Counted from the first letter of the stretch, positions 31,389 through 43,729 are shown. The stretch is DNA of 64,000 nt from Candidatus Marinacidobacterales bacterium (GCA_965237955.1 OZ250169.1:3488001-3552000), one strand, 5' to 3'. Translations and numbers: made by a program. Notes: generated by a model not told the origin, from the sequence alone.

Positions 31389-31809
31389 ATTCCACAGAAT
31401 CGCTAATGTGAACACCGTTCGCCAGTGTTTTGTGGACGGGGCATCTCTGAGCTACCTGCGTGAGGCGCTTTCGTTGTGCGTCGTCGAAGCTTCCGTGCAG
31501 CGTTATCTTCGATTGGATGCGGTCGATGAATCCATCCGCGCGCTCGTCGCAGTCTTCGCAATCGTCCGCGTGCACACGGTCGAACTCGAGCTCCACGGCG
31601 ACGCCGGCTAGCTCGATGCCCTTGTGGTCAGAGTACAGTCTGAGCGTGATTGTGATGCAGGCCGCGAGGCTCCCGAGCAACATTCCATAGGGTGTCGGTC
31701 CGGTGTCGGTCCCTCGCGCGCCCGGCGGCTCGTCCGCTCGCCAGGAGAACTGACGAGCCTGAATCGTGGTTTGGGTGCCGTCGCGAAGCTCGGCGGTTAC
31801 GGTAGCCAT
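31375..31809 (-). CDS. OsmC family protein
   Basis: ADEP...GPTPY...LAAC...TLRLY, RCPVHKTL. Confidence 0.9.
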   Translation of the reverse strand: MATVTAELRDGTQTTIQARQFSWRADEPPGARGTDTGPTPYGMLLGSLAACITITLRLYSDHKGIELAGVAVELEFDRVHADDCEDCDERADGFIDRIQSKITLHGSFDDAQRKRLTQVAQRCPVHKTLANGVHISDSVEFSVV

Positions 31810-32011
31810 TGGAATCCTCCTAGGACTTGTTCACCGCCGCGACGAAGAACGTGAATCGCGGGGGTGTGGTTGCGAGCGTAGAGTATCTGATCGGGCCTCC
31901 ATGTCAGGCATTTCAGGCTTCCGACTTTCTCGCTCTCGAAACCTGACTTCTCGAGATCATACGCGAGCTTGTCTTCCCACATCGAGCGACGCCACATTCT
32001 CCGTGTGCTTC

Positions 32012-32110
32012 TCGACGCGGCTGGGTCTCAATCCGAGCACGCTCAGGTCTCGAATGGAGAATCTCGGGCTCAAGAAGCCCAATCGAGCCTGCCGAAAAAC
32101 GTCTTCCTAA
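32012..32110 (+). pseudogene. Remnant Fis-type HTH of a sigma-54 activator
   Basis: RLGLNPSTLRSRMENLGLKKP with no upstream body. Confidence 0.5.
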
Positions 32111-32135
32111 CTTGCGGTGTCCCCCGGCTTTTTTT

Positions 32136-32603
32136 CTAGCAGTGCGGTGCACTCTCGTAGCAAAACCCCCCGGGCAAAACCCCCCGGGCAATGGATGGCG
32201 GGGCGCTAAAGCCCGGGATGCCGGGTTCAGTAAGGATTGGATGATTGGAGCTTACCCCTCCGAGCGAACCGGTGGGTGCCCCGATCACGACGCGCTCGAT
32301 CGAAACGCGACGAATTGCGTAAGAGCAGAGAACGCACGGCTCCACGCTCGTGTACAACGTGCATCCACTCAGATCGAGCACGCCCTCGGCGCGTGACGCC
32401 CGGCGGATGGCGACGACCTCCGCGTGCGCGGTCACGTCCAGAGTGGCGTTCACCTCTTCGCCGGCTTGGGCCACGACTCGAGAGTCACGTACGACGATAG
32501 CGCCGACCGGCGCTTCACCCGCTCGAGCCGCGGTACGGCCGATCTCGATACATTGCCGTATGTAACTCTCGTCGAGCTCGGTTGCGCGATCACCGGCCAT
32601 CAT
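32136..32603 (-). CDS. Nucleoside/tRNA deaminase family (TadA-like)
   Basis: PVGA, HAEVVAIR, EPCVLC zinc motif. Confidence 0.85.
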   Translation of the reverse strand: MMAGDRATELDESYIRQCIEIGRTAARAGEAPVGAIVVRDSRVVAQAGEEVNATLDVTAHAEVVAIRRASRAEGVLDLSGCTLYTSVEPCVLCSYAIRRVSIERVVIGAPTGSLGGVSSNHPILTEPGIPGFSAPPSIARGVLPGGFCYESAPHC

Positions 32604-34015
32604 CAGGCTCCTTGGAGTAGGCCGACCGGCGTGCGGCCTCGATTCCCATGGCTTTGAGGCGGGACCTCAGCGTCGACGCGTTGATGCCGAGGAGCTCCGC
32701 TGCGCCACCAGCACCGGAGATTCTCCACTGGGTCTGCTGCAAGGCTGCGATCAGATTCTCGCGTTCGATGCGTTTCAGTTGCTCGTACTCGAGGATTTCC
32801 TTCCTTTGGTCGGGAGCAACCGAGGACGAGGGCGACTCACGACGCCGCGCTTTCGGCAAATCAAGCTGGAGCACGCCCGAGCGCGCCGTTATCACCGCCC
32901 GCTCGATAACGTTCTGCAGTTCACGAACGTTTCCAGGCCAATCGTAGTTCTGCAACATCGCCACGTGACGCCGAGTGAGCTTGGAGGTGGGTACGCCCAA
33001 CCGATGGCAAGAAGTGTCGATACAGTTCGCCGCAAGCGCCGGGATGTCTTCCGTGCGCTCGCGGAGCGGGGCAATGGTGATCGGAAAGACGTTCAACCGG
33101 TAGTAAAGGTCTTCGCGAAAATGGCCACTCGAAACTCGCTCCTTCAAGTCTTGGTTCGTTGCCGCGATCGTGCGCACGTCCACTTTGCGAGTTTGCGTTT
33201 CTCCAACGCGCTCGAACGTTCCTTCCTGTAAAACCCGTAGCAGTTTGCTCTGGAGCTCCAATGGAATCTCCGCAACTTCATCGAGAAACAGGTAGCCCGG
33301 TCAGCGAGTTGGAAACGGCCAACGCGATCCTTGACCGCACCGGTAAACGCGCCCTTCACATGGCCGAAGAATTCGCTCTCGAACAATTCTCGTGGGATCG
33401 CCCCGCAGTTCACTTTGACCATGGGGCGTTTTCTCCGCGCGCTTCGCTCGTGTATGGCCCGGGCGAGCAACTCTTTTCCGGTCCCCGACTCCCCGGAAAG
33501 CAGAACGGAGCTGTCGGTAGGAGCGACGAGCTCGATTTGTTCGAGAACCCGCTCGAGCGCCAAGCTCTTGCCCACGATGCCACCGAAGCCGTGCGCGGTC
33601 CGGACTTCCTCCTGAAGATACTCGTTCTCGAGCTCGACCTGCTGCTTCAACCTCTCGATCTCTTCGAACGCGCGCGCGTTCGCGATGGCCGCTGCGGCGT
33701 GGTCGGCGAAGGCGCGTAACCACATGAACTCCTGCTCATCGATGAACGCCCGTCGGAAAACGCCCAGGACACCGAGGGTCTCGTTTCTGAACGTCAACGG
33801 GTGACCGGCGAAGCTCTTGATCCTTTCCTTTTTCAGCCAGTCCCCGCGTGCAAACCATTCACGATCGTCGGCGGTTTCGTGCAAGAGCTGTGAGTCTCCC
33901 GAGGCGCCGATGGAGCCGATGTGCCGAATCCCCAGGGGGAATCTTCGATACGACCCATCGGTTCTGAACCAGTCGGTGCCACTGTCCGGATCGACGGAGC
34001 TCGCCGCGCTCGCGA
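32590..34015 (-). pseudogene. GAF-AAA-Fis sigma-54 activator, 5' truncated by IS5 and frameshifted near 33290
   Basis: GESGTGKE, ESEFFGHVKGAFTGA, FREDLYYRL, WPGNVREL, HTH; split over two frames. Confidence 0.85.
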
Positions 34016-35102
34016 TGCCTTGGTGCACAACTCCGATAGAGGCCGAGAGCTCGCTTGGCCCCGACTCCCATCATCCGATCATCTCGCTATCAGGCATCCC
34101 GAGCGCCGTCATCGTGTTGAGAATCTTGCACCCGATCCTTGCCTCGACTCTCTGTGCCGCCAACCCTCTCGCTCGCATCGCTGAGCCCACGATAGCCTTG
34201 TAGCGATGGAACGTTGTCTCGACTTTGCTCCGTTTGCTGTAGCCCGATTCTGTGTGCCACTTTCGTTTGCCGAGCCGAGCTTGTGCTGCAATGTTGCGAT
34301 TGCGCTGTCGGCTGCTCGCCGGCCCCGATGCGAGCTGGGCGCCCTTGCGCGGCGGTATCAGCACCCTCGGCGAGCAATGAGCGCTGTGATTCTCGATTGC
34401 CTCATAGACGCCGCCGGCGTCGTATGCGGTGTCAGCTCTGGCCGATGAGATGGGACTGTCGATCTGTCCGACAAGCGATGCAACCCGCGATGAATCGCGG
34501 GCTCTTTTGTTCGTCAGCTCGCCGGCGACGACTTCGCCACTCTGCTCGTCGACACACAGATGGAGCTTGCGATAGTCCCTGCTCTTTGGTGCTCTGCGCA
34601 GCTGGCCGGCGTGGACAGCGAGACCGCTGCTGTCGATCAAGATGTGCAACGGCGTCTTCTGCTTGTCTTGGTAGAAGGGGACCTTACCCAGCTTCGCCTT
34701 GCGCCTCGAGATCGTGGTGTGATCGGGCACATCATTGTCTAGCTTCATCAGAGCGAACAACGATCGCAGCAATCCCTCGCTCTGCCTAGATGACAGATGA
34801 AACACCATGCCCAGGGTGACAGCCGTCTCGATGGCGTGGTTCGAGTACTTGCGTTGACGGCCCGGTTTCCTCCTCCTCGGCCGGGGCGCGTCCCAGTTCA
34901 CAAGCTTGCCGGCGGTGAGCGAGATCCAGACGGTCAGGCTCCCACGGTTGCGTAGACCCGCCTCATATTCACGCCAATTCCTCACGCGATAGGCCTTCTT
35001 CACATACTTCCGCTGAGTGCGTTTGAAAATGCTCATGGGGAACCTCGAATCCGTGAGTAAAGGATAATTGTGGACCGAGATCGCGAGTTGTGCACCAAGG
35101 CA
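34016..35102 (-). mobile_element. IS5-family (IS903-like) element, copy 1
   Basis: 18-bp terminal IR TGCCTTGGTGCACAACTC; 1087 bp; near-identical to 55418-56504; no target duplication seen. Confidence 0.92.
34071..35036 (-). CDS. IS5-family transposase
   Basis: YRVRNWREYEAGLRNRGSLTVW, PDHTTISRR, IDSSGL, ADTAYD, YSKRSKVET. Confidence 0.93.
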   Translation of the reverse strand: MSIFKRTQRKYVKKAYRVRNWREYEAGLRNRGSLTVWISLTAGKLVNWDAPRPRRRKPGRQRKYSNHAIETAVTLGMVFHLSSRQSEGLLRSLFALMKLDNDVPDHTTISRRKAKLGKVPFYQDKQKTPLHILIDSSGLAVHAGQLRRAPKSRDYRKLHLCVDEQSGEVVAGELTNKRARDSSRVASLVGQIDSPISSARADTAYDAGGVYEAIENHSAHCSPRVLIPPRKGAQLASGPASSRQRNRNIAAQARLGKRKWHTESGYSKRSKVETTFHRYKAIVGSAMRARGLAAQRVEARIGCKILNTMTALGMPDSEMIG

Positions 35103-35955
35103 TCGGCGCGCCGCCGAGGAGGATCATATCGAGGCTGCTGGTGTCGTAGGAGCCGACGTCCGGGAAGTTCGTCAGAAAGTTGATCATGGTTGGCACGAGA
35201 ATCGTCTTGGTCACTCGGTGCGTTTGAATCGCCTCGAGCGTCCCCGCGGGCGTGAACTGGCCGAGAAAGACGTGCGTCCCCCCGACCATTGTGACCGAGT
35301 AGCAAGCCCACGCGTCCGCCAGGTGGAACATGGGAGCAGCGTGAAGCCAGACATCGCGCTCTCGGAAGCCGGCGGTCATGACTACGTGCTGCGCATTGGA
35401 GACGACGTTTCTCTGGCTGAGCATCACGCCTTTCGGGAGACCGGTGGTGCCGCCCGTATAGCAGAGGTTCAGCATCTCGTTCTCGTCCCAGCTGCGAACG
35501 GAAGTTGAGAGTGGCTCGCTACCGGCGATGAGCTCCTCGTAGTTGACCATCCCGTCGACCCGCGCGTCATCGAGAAGAACGACATGCTCGATTCTCGGCG
35601 TCTTCTCGTGGAACTGCCGGTAGAGCTCGACGTACTCAGCCCCGACCAGGATTGCTTTGACGTCGCTATCGTTGAGGATGAACTCGAGCTCGTTTGCGGC
35701 TAGGCGGATGTTCAATGGTGCCAGTGGCATTCCAGCGATGTCCGCCACGAAATACGTTTCCCAGTAGCGGTGAGAGTTGTTCGCGAGGATGGCAATGTGA
35801 TCGCCGGGCTTCAACCCGAGCGAGAGCAGACCCGAAGCCAGACGGTGAACTCGCTCGTGTGCTTGCGCGTAGGTGAGCTCTAGATCTCCATCAACGAGCG
35901 CAGTCTTGGTGGGGTAGAGCTTGACCGCGTGACTCAGAATATCGCGTATCAGCAC
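35103..35955 (-). pseudogene. Acyl-CoA synthetase (AMP-binding), 3' half replaced by IS5
   Basis: YTGGTTGLPKGV, APMFH; reading frame runs into IS5 end after GGAPM. Confidence 0.85.
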
Positions 35956-36159
35956 GGCCCTCCTCTTCGCGCCAGTGCGCCAGAACTTCACGACAGAAGC
36001 TATCACACACCGGTAGACCTATGGCTCCTCGTGGCGGTATTCGAAGTCCTGCCCGTGATAGGGCGCGGTTTTGCTGAAAATCAGCACGGAAAGATTGTCG
36101 GCTTGCGGCGCGAGCATGCGCAGAGCAGGAAACAAAGCATGGGTGTATCATAAGAGAAC

Positions 36160-38004
36160 ATGCGTCGCGGCTGCTGGTGGATCCTTTTCGCGCTCGTAGC
36201 GTGCGAGTCGAAGGAGATGGCGACGCTCTCCAAAGACGCGAAAGTGGACTCCCACCGGGCCCTGGTCGAAGATCTCGCCGCGCCGCGGCATCCATCCGAC
36301 GGCGGCGGTCGCGCTTGGCTCGAGCCCCAACCGAGCGAGCCCATCGTCATCACGGTCGGAAGCTTCAACCGATTCGAAGTGGTTTACGAGGCGGGCCCGC
36401 TCGGTGTCGCCGAGGGCGGCGTCGTGTTCTTGCAGCCGTCGCCATTTTGGGGATGGGATCCACCCCAGAATGCAATCGAGGAAGGCCCAGGGTACACCGA
36501 AGTAACGACCGAAGCTGCTGGAGTCGAGCTCGGGGTGACCACGCCTGGAGGGCTTCTCGCCGTCGAGATTCGCGGTCGGGCGCTCGAGGAAGGAGAGCGC
36601 CTCCGCTTCATCTATGGCGCGGGGACGCGCGGCGTTCGTGTCGATCGCTACGCGGAATCGAAGGCTCGCATTTGGGTTGCCGTGGACGGCGACGGCGACG
36701 GCGTCCGTACATTATTAAGAGATGTTCCCACCGTTGACATCGCTGCTGCACCGCCATCGCAGCTCGTGGTGACCGTGCCGAGCACGGCCAGGCCTGGTGA
36801 GAGGATCCTGGTGACGATCGCGGCGCTGGATGCGTTGGGAAACGCCGGCTCGCGCCTGACGACGCCGATCCAGATTGATGCTCCCGCCGGCCTCGAGCTT
36901 CCGGAAGAGCTCACCCTCTCAGAGCGAGGAGTTGCGCACGTCGACGCCGTCGTCGACGAGCCCGGCATCTATCGCGTGCACGCCACCGCCGGCAGCTTCG
37001 CGGCTTCCAGCAACCCGCTCGTCGTGCGCGAGGGGATTCCCCGAATCGTTTGGGGCGACCTCCATGGTCACTCGCAACTGTCGGACGGGACCGGTACCCC
37101 GGACGACTATTTTTGGTACGCGCGCGATGTCGCGGCGCTCGACATCATCTCGCTCACCGATCACGACCATTGGGGGATGCGTTTTCTCGACCAAAGTCCG
37201 GATTCGTGGGAAGCCATCCTCGACGCAGCACGCCGTTTCCACGAGGCGGGGCGTTTCGTCACGCTTCCCGGTTACGAGTGGACGAACTGGCTGCACGGCC
37301 ACCGTCACGTCTTGTATTTCGGCGACCACGCGGAGATTTTGAGCTCTCTCGACCCGGCCTACGAAACGCCTGCCAAGCTTTGGGAGGCACTTCGCGATCG
37401 AAGCGCGCTTACGCTTGCGCACCATTCGGCGGGCGGGCCAGTGTCCACGAACTGGGACTTCGTGCCGGACCCCGCGATCGAGCCGGTAACCGAGATCGTA
37501 TCGGTTCATGGGAGCAGCGAAGCAGCGGATTCGCCGGGGGCGATCTACAACGCCGTGCCCGGCAATTTCGTCCGCGACGTCCTCGACCGCGGACTGCAAT
37601 TCGGATTCATCGGAAGCGGAGACAGCCACGACGGCCATCCCGGTCTCGCACACCTCGGCGGGCCGAGCGGCGGTCTCGCGGCGATTTTCTCGGAGCATCT
37701 CACCCGCGAGGGTGTTCTCGAAGCGCTCAGAGCGCGCCGTGTTTACGCAACGAACGGCCCCCGCATCTGGTTGCGCGTCTGGCTCGAAGACGAGCTTCGC
37801 TTTGCGGTAGCGGGTACCGCACCCATCGAGCGTGTCGATGTCATCCGCAGCGGAAGGATGATCGAAAGCCTACGTGCGGAAGGGCGGCGCGAGTGGTCCG
37901 AGACATTGCCGTTCACTCCACTCGCGAGCGGCGAGTACGTCTACGTGCGCGTCGTCCAGATAGATGGCGGTGCTGCGTGGTCCAGTCCCTTCTTCGGGAA
38001 GTAG
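36160..38004 (+). CDS. PHP-like metallohydrolase lipoprotein (DUF3604/CehA-McbA type)
   Basis: Lipobox LVAC; WGDLHGHS, TDHD, GYEWT, GSGDSH, AWSSP. Confidence 0.8.
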   Translation: MRRGCWWILFALVACESKEMATLSKDAKVDSHRALVEDLAAPRHPSDGGGRAWLEPQPSEPIVITVGSFNRFEVVYEAGPLGVAEGGVVFLQPSPFWGWDPPQNAIEEGPGYTEVTTEAAGVELGVTTPGGLLAVEIRGRALEEGERLRFIYGAGTRGVRVDRYAESKARIWVAVDGDGDGVRTLLRDVPTVDIAAAPPSQLVVTVPSTARPGERILVTIAALDALGNAGSRLTTPIQIDAPAGLELPEELTLSERGVAHVDAVVDEPGIYRVHATAGSFAASSNPLVVREGIPRIVWGDLHGHSQLSDGTGTPDDYFWYARDVAALDIISLTDHDHWGMRFLDQSPDSWEAILDAARRFHEAGRFVTLPGYEWTNWLHGHRHVLYFGDHAEILSSLDPAYETPAKLWEALRDRSALTLAHHSAGGPVSTNWDFVPDPAIEPVTEIVSVHGSSEAADSPGAIYNAVPGNFVRDVLDRGLQFGFIGSGDSHDGHPGLAHLGGPSGGLAAIFSEHLTREGVLEALRARRVYATNGPRIWLRVWLEDELRFAVAGTAPIERVDVIRSGRMIESLRAEGRREWSETLPFTPLASGEYVYVRVVQIDGGAAWSSPFFGK

Positions 38005-38153
38005 ATTGGCCACCGAGCCACAGCGCAGCAAAGCCGCTACTAAGAATCCTTTTCTTTTCCAGAAAAGAAGCTTTTGCATCCTAGTAGTACAGAGGTTCGG
38101 ACGCACCGCTGGTAGCGCAGCAGTCCGCGCTATGGTGGTTCAAATTTGCTTCC

Positions 38154-39497
38154 GTGATTATTCTGTTAGTATCCATCGTCGTTATGCACACGTATTTTTC
38201 GATTTTGGCTGTCTTCGCGATTGCGGGAACGGCTTCCGCCCAGACCTCGTATCTACACCGCGTGGTCCGGGTGAGCCCGAGTGACGCGGCCTCGCCGGCG
38301 GAAGTGTCGGTCGCGATCAACCCCGCGCGACCCGAAAACATCATCGCGGTGTCGCTACAAGCGATGGGTCCAGGGACGGATTTCGCCTACGTCAGCTTCG
38401 ACGGCGGCACCACCTGGGCTAGTGTCCAGGGTCCGAATCCCCATGGGCGCACACAGGGTGACGACGCCGTGGTTTTCGATGACGACGGCCGGCCGTTCTG
38501 GTCCTACATCTCATATTCTGGTCTCCGCGTCGACAAACCCGATGACGCTGCCAACGGGATCTTCGTCAATCGATCGGACGATGGGGGCCGCACCTGGAGC
38601 GAGCCGGCTACCGTTGTCGACCACCTCAACACGGTAGAGCCGTTCGAAGACAAACCGTTCCTCACCACCGGACCCGACGGCCGTGTCTACGTGGCGTGGA
38701 CGCGCTTCACGAAGTACGGAACGCCCGATCCGGCCGAGACCAGCCATATCATTTTTTCGCTTTCGGAGGACGCCGGTGAAAGCTTCGCGATGCCGTTCCG
38801 GGTCTCGGAAGAGCCGGGCGACGCGGTCGATAGCGACGGCACGCTCGAAGGGGTCGTGCCGGTGGTGGGTGTCGAGGGTGAGGTGTATCTCGTTTGGTCC
38901 GGACCGAAAGGACTCGTGCTCGACAAGTCGACGGACGGAGGCTGGACGTTCGGTGACGATCGCGTCATCGGCCCGCATCCGGGTGGCTGGGACCTCGAGA
39001 TCGACGGGCTCGCCCGAACCAACGGGTTTCCGGTGACTGGAGTGGATCAGAGCGGTGGGCCTTTTCGCGGCGCGCTCTACGTGAACTGGGTCGACGACCG
39101 GCATGGCGATCCCGACGTGTTCGTCCTGCGCTTGGACGATGGCGGTGATAGTTGGACGTCACCGGTGCGCGTGAACTCGGACGCGGGAAGCCGCGCCGTG
39201 CAGTTTTTCACGTGGATGGCGGTCGACTCGGTCGACGGTTCGGTGAACATCGCATACTACGATCGCAGCGGGCTCGAAGGGACGCAGACAGGCGTGACGT
39301 TCGCACGGAGCACCGATGGCGGCTCACATTTCGAGACCGTACCCATCGCCATCGATGCGTTCGAGACCTCTCCCGACGTTTTCTTCGGTGATTACCTTGG
39401 TATCGATGCGTATGGCGGCAGGGCCGTCGTCGTCTTCCAGCATTTCACGAGCTCGTCAACGCTGGCTCTTTCTGCAGCACTCTTCCGTTTCCAATAG
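38154..39497 (+). CDS. BNR/Asp-box sialidase-like beta-propeller protein
   Basis: Repeated SxDGGxTW/F boxes, EDKP, FFGDY; signal peptide. Confidence 0.85.
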   Translation: MIILLVSIVVMHTYFSILAVFAIAGTASAQTSYLHRVVRVSPSDAASPAEVSVAINPARPENIIAVSLQAMGPGTDFAYVSFDGGTTWASVQGPNPHGRTQGDDAVVFDDDGRPFWSYISYSGLRVDKPDDAANGIFVNRSDDGGRTWSEPATVVDHLNTVEPFEDKPFLTTGPDGRVYVAWTRFTKYGTPDPAETSHIIFSLSEDAGESFAMPFRVSEEPGDAVDSDGTLEGVVPVVGVEGEVYLVWSGPKGLVLDKSTDGGWTFGDDRVIGPHPGGWDLEIDGLARTNGFPVTGVDQSGGPFRGALYVNWVDDRHGDPDVFVLRLDDGGDSWTSPVRVNSDAGSRAVQFFTWMAVDSVDGSVNIAYYDRSGLEGTQTGVTFARSTDGGSHFETVPIAIDAFETSPDVFFGDYLGIDAYGGRAVVVFQHFTSSSTLALSAALFRFQ

Positions 39498-39824
39498 ACG
39501 CGCGGATTTCGAACGAGGAGGCGATCATGCGATGGACGAGGCGGGGACGAAACGCCAATCTCGAGGATCGGCGCGGACGGCGAGTGTCCCGAGGTCGTAC
39601 CGTGAACAGTCGTCATCATGTCGTTGAAACAGCAAGGGGTTCAAAAGATCCGAGAGCTTCGTGAGGCAGGTGTTGACCGAACCTGCGGAACTCAGCTCGG
39701 TGGAACGATTGCTTCTCGAGGCGGCTTTTTTCCTTGGCGCGGTTCCCGCGGAACCTCCGGCGGCGGAGGATCTCGAGTGAGCCGCGTCGTATGCCTGACC
39801 CTTCACATGTGGTAGTTAGTAACA

Positions 39825-40685
39825 ATGATGCGTTCTCTATTTCTATTGCTGTTCACGTTGTGTTGTGTTCTCCCGGCCTCAGCGCAGGAAGCTGAGGACG
39901 AGGAGGAAGAGAAAAAACTCGGATGGTCGAACGTCGCCGACGTGGGCTTGGTGGTGACGGCCGGGAACTCCTCGACCTCGACGTTCTCCTTCGATGACAA
40001 ACTCACCTATGCGTGGGAGGGTGCTGATTTCATCTTTCGTGCCGGGGCGCTGCGAGTACGAACGACGGATGACCCGTTTGCCGTGGGGACTCCTGAGGAT
40101 TTCGAGGTCATCGAGGATCTCACCCGCGAGCTGGACACGGAGCACTACTACTTCAACGGCAACTACCAAAAAAACATCACCGACCGTTTTTTCTGGCTCG
40201 CCGGCGGCGGATGGGACAAGGACACGAACGCGGGCATCGAGAACCGTACCGTAATCTTCGGAGGTATCGGTAACACCTGGAAGGACACGGAGCGTACGCT
40301 GTTCAAAACCGACTACACGGTTACGTTCACGCGCCGTATCGACGAAATCCCGGATCCCGAGCGCGATGAAAGATTCTCCGAGCTGCGCCTCGGATGGGAC
40401 TACCGGCAGCAGCTCGCCGCCCACACCAAGTTCGACAGCGATTTGGTCTTTTTCGCCACGATCTCGGATTTCAGCGACAACCGGTTCGTGACCATTAACT
40501 CCGTGACCACCAATATGACGGACAGGTTCGCCTTGAGATTCAGCCTGAAGCTCCGCTATCAGAATATCCCGGCCTTCGAGGAGATCGATCTCGAGACACC
40601 CGAGGGGCTTCCGATTGGCGAGGTCGTGATCCGCAAGAAGAAGCTCGACACCGTGGTGAAGTTCTCTTTCGTGGTCACTCTATGA
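39825..40685 (+). CDS. Outer-membrane beta-barrel, DUF481 family
   Basis: Signal peptide, W...G...TAGNS motif, alternating beta strands. Confidence 0.75.
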   Translation: MMRSLFLLLFTLCCVLPASAQEAEDEEEEKKLGWSNVADVGLVVTAGNSSTSTFSFDDKLTYAWEGADFIFRAGALRVRTTDDPFAVGTPEDFEVIEDLTRELDTEHYYFNGNYQKNITDRFFWLAGGGWDKDTNAGIENRTVIFGGIGNTWKDTERTLFKTDYTVTFTRRIDEIPDPERDERFSELRLGWDYRQQLAAHTKFDSDLVFFATISDFSDNRFVTINSVTTNMTDRFALRFSLKLRYQNIPAFEEIDLETPEGLPIGEVVIRKKKLDTVVKFSFVVTL

Positions 40686-41044
40686 AAAAAATAGCGTGCG
40701 CTTCAGTTCCCCGGCGCCCACGGAGGAGGGCGTCTCCTGGCGGTGGCAAGAGGCCTCGTTGAAGACTGTATTCTTTTCGTTTTTACGGCATACGGTTGGT
40801 TCGCGTTGAGCGCGAGGTTCACCGCACCCAAACGAAGGAGCGCGTCGACGGTGGCGTCGAGAGAGGGTTCACGGCCACAGCCGAAGCTGAGCGTGACGAT
40901 ACCGAGAATGGAACCGATCGTGCGTCTAGCCATGGCGGGGACGGTATCACTAGAGGACGCCGTGCCCGTGCCCGATCAAAACCAGTTGACGAAGATGGTG
41001 GGCCCGCGAGACGGACCGGGCTCGGGCTCGGGCACGGGGCTTGT

Positions 41045-43722
41045 TCAACTCTCCTGCGAGGCGCTGACGCCCTCGAGGACGGTGGCGATTTTTCCCAGCA
41101 GGGTGCGCGCCCGATACGGTTTTTGCAAGAACGCGACCCCTTCCATTGCTTTCAACTCAGCGACGGTATCTTGGCCGTCGTACCCGCTCGTCAAGATGAC
41201 ACGGGCATCGCCATCGATAGCTCGAATCTCGCGGAGCGCCTCGGCGCCGCTCATTCCCGGCATGGTCATATCGAGGATGATGACAACGATGTCAGTGCCG
41301 TCCGAGCGATAGAGCTCGACCGCCTCCACACCGGTGGACGCCTCGACCACGGAGAATCCTGCAGTTTCGAGGAGATCCCTTGCCATGGTGCGCACCATGG
41401 GCTCATCGTCGACCACGAGAATGTTGCCGCCTCCTTTGACTGCTTCCTCCGTCAGGACGGTGGCGTTTTCGACGGGCGTCTCTTGCCCGGCTGGAAATCG
41501 CACTTCGAAAATCGACCCTTCGCCTCGTGCGCTGGTGACCGTAAGCTCGCCCTCTGCGCTTCCGACGATGCCCTGCACCGCCGCGAGCCCCAGCCCACGC
41601 CCCGGTCCCTTCGTCGAGAAGAACGGATCGAAAATACGCTCTCGTGTCTTTTCGTCCATGCCGACCCCGCTATCCGACACGACGAGCCACACCGTGGCCG
41701 GCGAGTCACTTCGATTCGTCCGCACGATAACCGAGCCCGGTCGTTCACCGACGGCCTCGGCGGCGTTCGTCGCGAGGTTCATGACGAGCTGGCTTATCTG
41801 GGTTCGATTGGCTTGGATGAAAGTGGGTCGAGGCGTCAGCTCCAAGCAAAAGTCGATCTTTTTCGGAATCGACGCACGCACCAGCTCCGTCATTTCTTGA
41901 ACGACCGCGTTGAGGTCGAGGACCTCTTGGTGAAAGCTCGCCTTGCCGGCGTAGGCGAGCATTTGATGGGTGAGATTCGACGCCTGCTGGGTGGCGGTCA
42001 CCACTTTCTCGAGATAGGGTCTTGCTCGCGAGCCGCCCGCCGTGAACTTCATCGCGAGCTCGGTGTTGCCAAGGAGGCTCGTCAAGATGTTGTTGAAATC
42101 GTGCGCGATCCCGCCCGCTATGAGCCCGAGGCTTTCGAGCTTTTGTGCGTGCTGCACCTGCGCTTCAAGATGTTGATGGGCCTCTTGTGCCCGTTTCACG
42201 TCCGTCAGGTCCGTTCCCACCACGCCGATACCGTAAGGCTCGTCGGGCTTCGCGCCTAGAGGAAACGCGACCAGGAAGTACGTCTTGTGACCGGTGTCGA
42301 TGGCAAACGTCAGCTCGCGCTCGACGACTCGGCGTTCCGCCCACGCGGTTCTCGTCGTTTCCAGATACGCTTCCGCGACATCCGTCGGAAGCAGCGTCCG
42401 AGGCGATTGGCCGAGAGCCTCCGCTTGCGGGACTCCGAGCACATGTTCGAAGCTTTTGTTGAGAAGAAGATACCGATCCTCCGGATCCGTCACCGCGATG
42501 AGTGTCGTCGAGTTGTCGATGATGGCCTGGAGAAGATTCTGGCTCTTCTCGAGTGCTACGACACTTCGACTCGTCGTTTCTACGTGCTCGTTGAGATCGG
42601 CGTAGAGGTGGCGCAGCCGTGTAGTCATGTCGTTGAACGCGGTCGCGAGCAGCCCCACCTCGTCCGACGTCAGTACGGGAGCGACGGTGGTGAAGTCTCC
42701 ATCAGCGACCGCCGTCGCGGCCTTGGTAATCTCGAGGACGGGACGCGCAATTTGACGAGCGATGAAGTAGACCCCTCCCGCGAGCATGAGCGCTGAGAAC
42801 AGGCCGATTCCGAGGATGGACACGACCAGCCGGCGTGCGGGCGCAAACGCCTCCGCCTGTCCCATTTCTACGAGAAGCGCGAGCTCCCGCGCGGCGTTCC
42901 ACCGGTAAGCGCCGATCACCGGGGTCCCGGCGTAGTTTGCGTAGACGCCGACCCCGTGCTCGCCCGAAAGGGCCGCATCGATACCGGCGCTGAACACACC
43001 CCGGCGAAACTCTTCGCGCCCGAAGCGCGCCGAGCTCACGAAGTCGTTGAACAGGCTCACCAGATACGCTTCTCCGGTCTCACCGAGTCGGTCCGCGGTG
43101 AGCCGGTCGATGTAGGCGAGATCGAGATCGCCGGCGACAACCGCGATCGTCCGTCCGGCGTCGTCTTTCACCGGGGTAGCGATAGTAGCGGCGGGTCTTC
43201 CGGTGATAGGCGACATGTAGACGTTCTGTATGAACGTAGCCTTCTTGCCGAGCGTGTAAAAGAGCTCACTGGCGCGGTAACCTCCAAGATGGCTTTCATC
43301 GGTCGAGACCAGGACCTCACCGCCTACTGGCGAGAGCAGGCACAGCGCTTCGAGGTCGGAGCGAGAACCGATGGCCGAGAGCAACAGTGCTCTCCGATAC
43401 GCGCCCTCGCCTCGTGCGACCCGTCCTCGGCGAGGAGCGCAGCGTCATGGCGCATCTGTGGCAGATCGGCAAGAAACACGATGAGCTCTCGCTGTAGGTC
43501 AACCCAGCGATTCAGCTCGCCTTCTTTCTGGAGCGCGACCGTTTCCAGCCGGTCCGCGATGGCTTCACGCAACGCGTGGCGCGCTTCGGAAAAAGCGACG
43601 AGGGCGACGAAAACGACGGTGAGAACCGAGACGGTAAGGAAAGAGCCGACGAGGCGAGCCATGAGACTTCGCTCTGGTCGCAGCGATTCCGGAAGAATCG
43701 AAAGGAGGTTTTTGAGTCTCAT
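41045..43722 (-). CDS. Hybrid sensor kinase (Cache-HAMP-PAS-HisKA-HATPase-REC); frameshift near 43385
   Basis: AGGIAHDFNNILT, FDPFFSTK, GRGLGL, ILVVDDE, DMTMPGM; N-terminal TM in adjacent frame. Confidence 0.85.
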
Positions 43723-43729
43723 CAGCCGG

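Noticed and set aside
34006-35112. Target-site duplications for the IS5 copies
   Set aside because: Flanks (ctcgcga/tcggcgc and tcataac/acggtgt) match neither within nor between copies.
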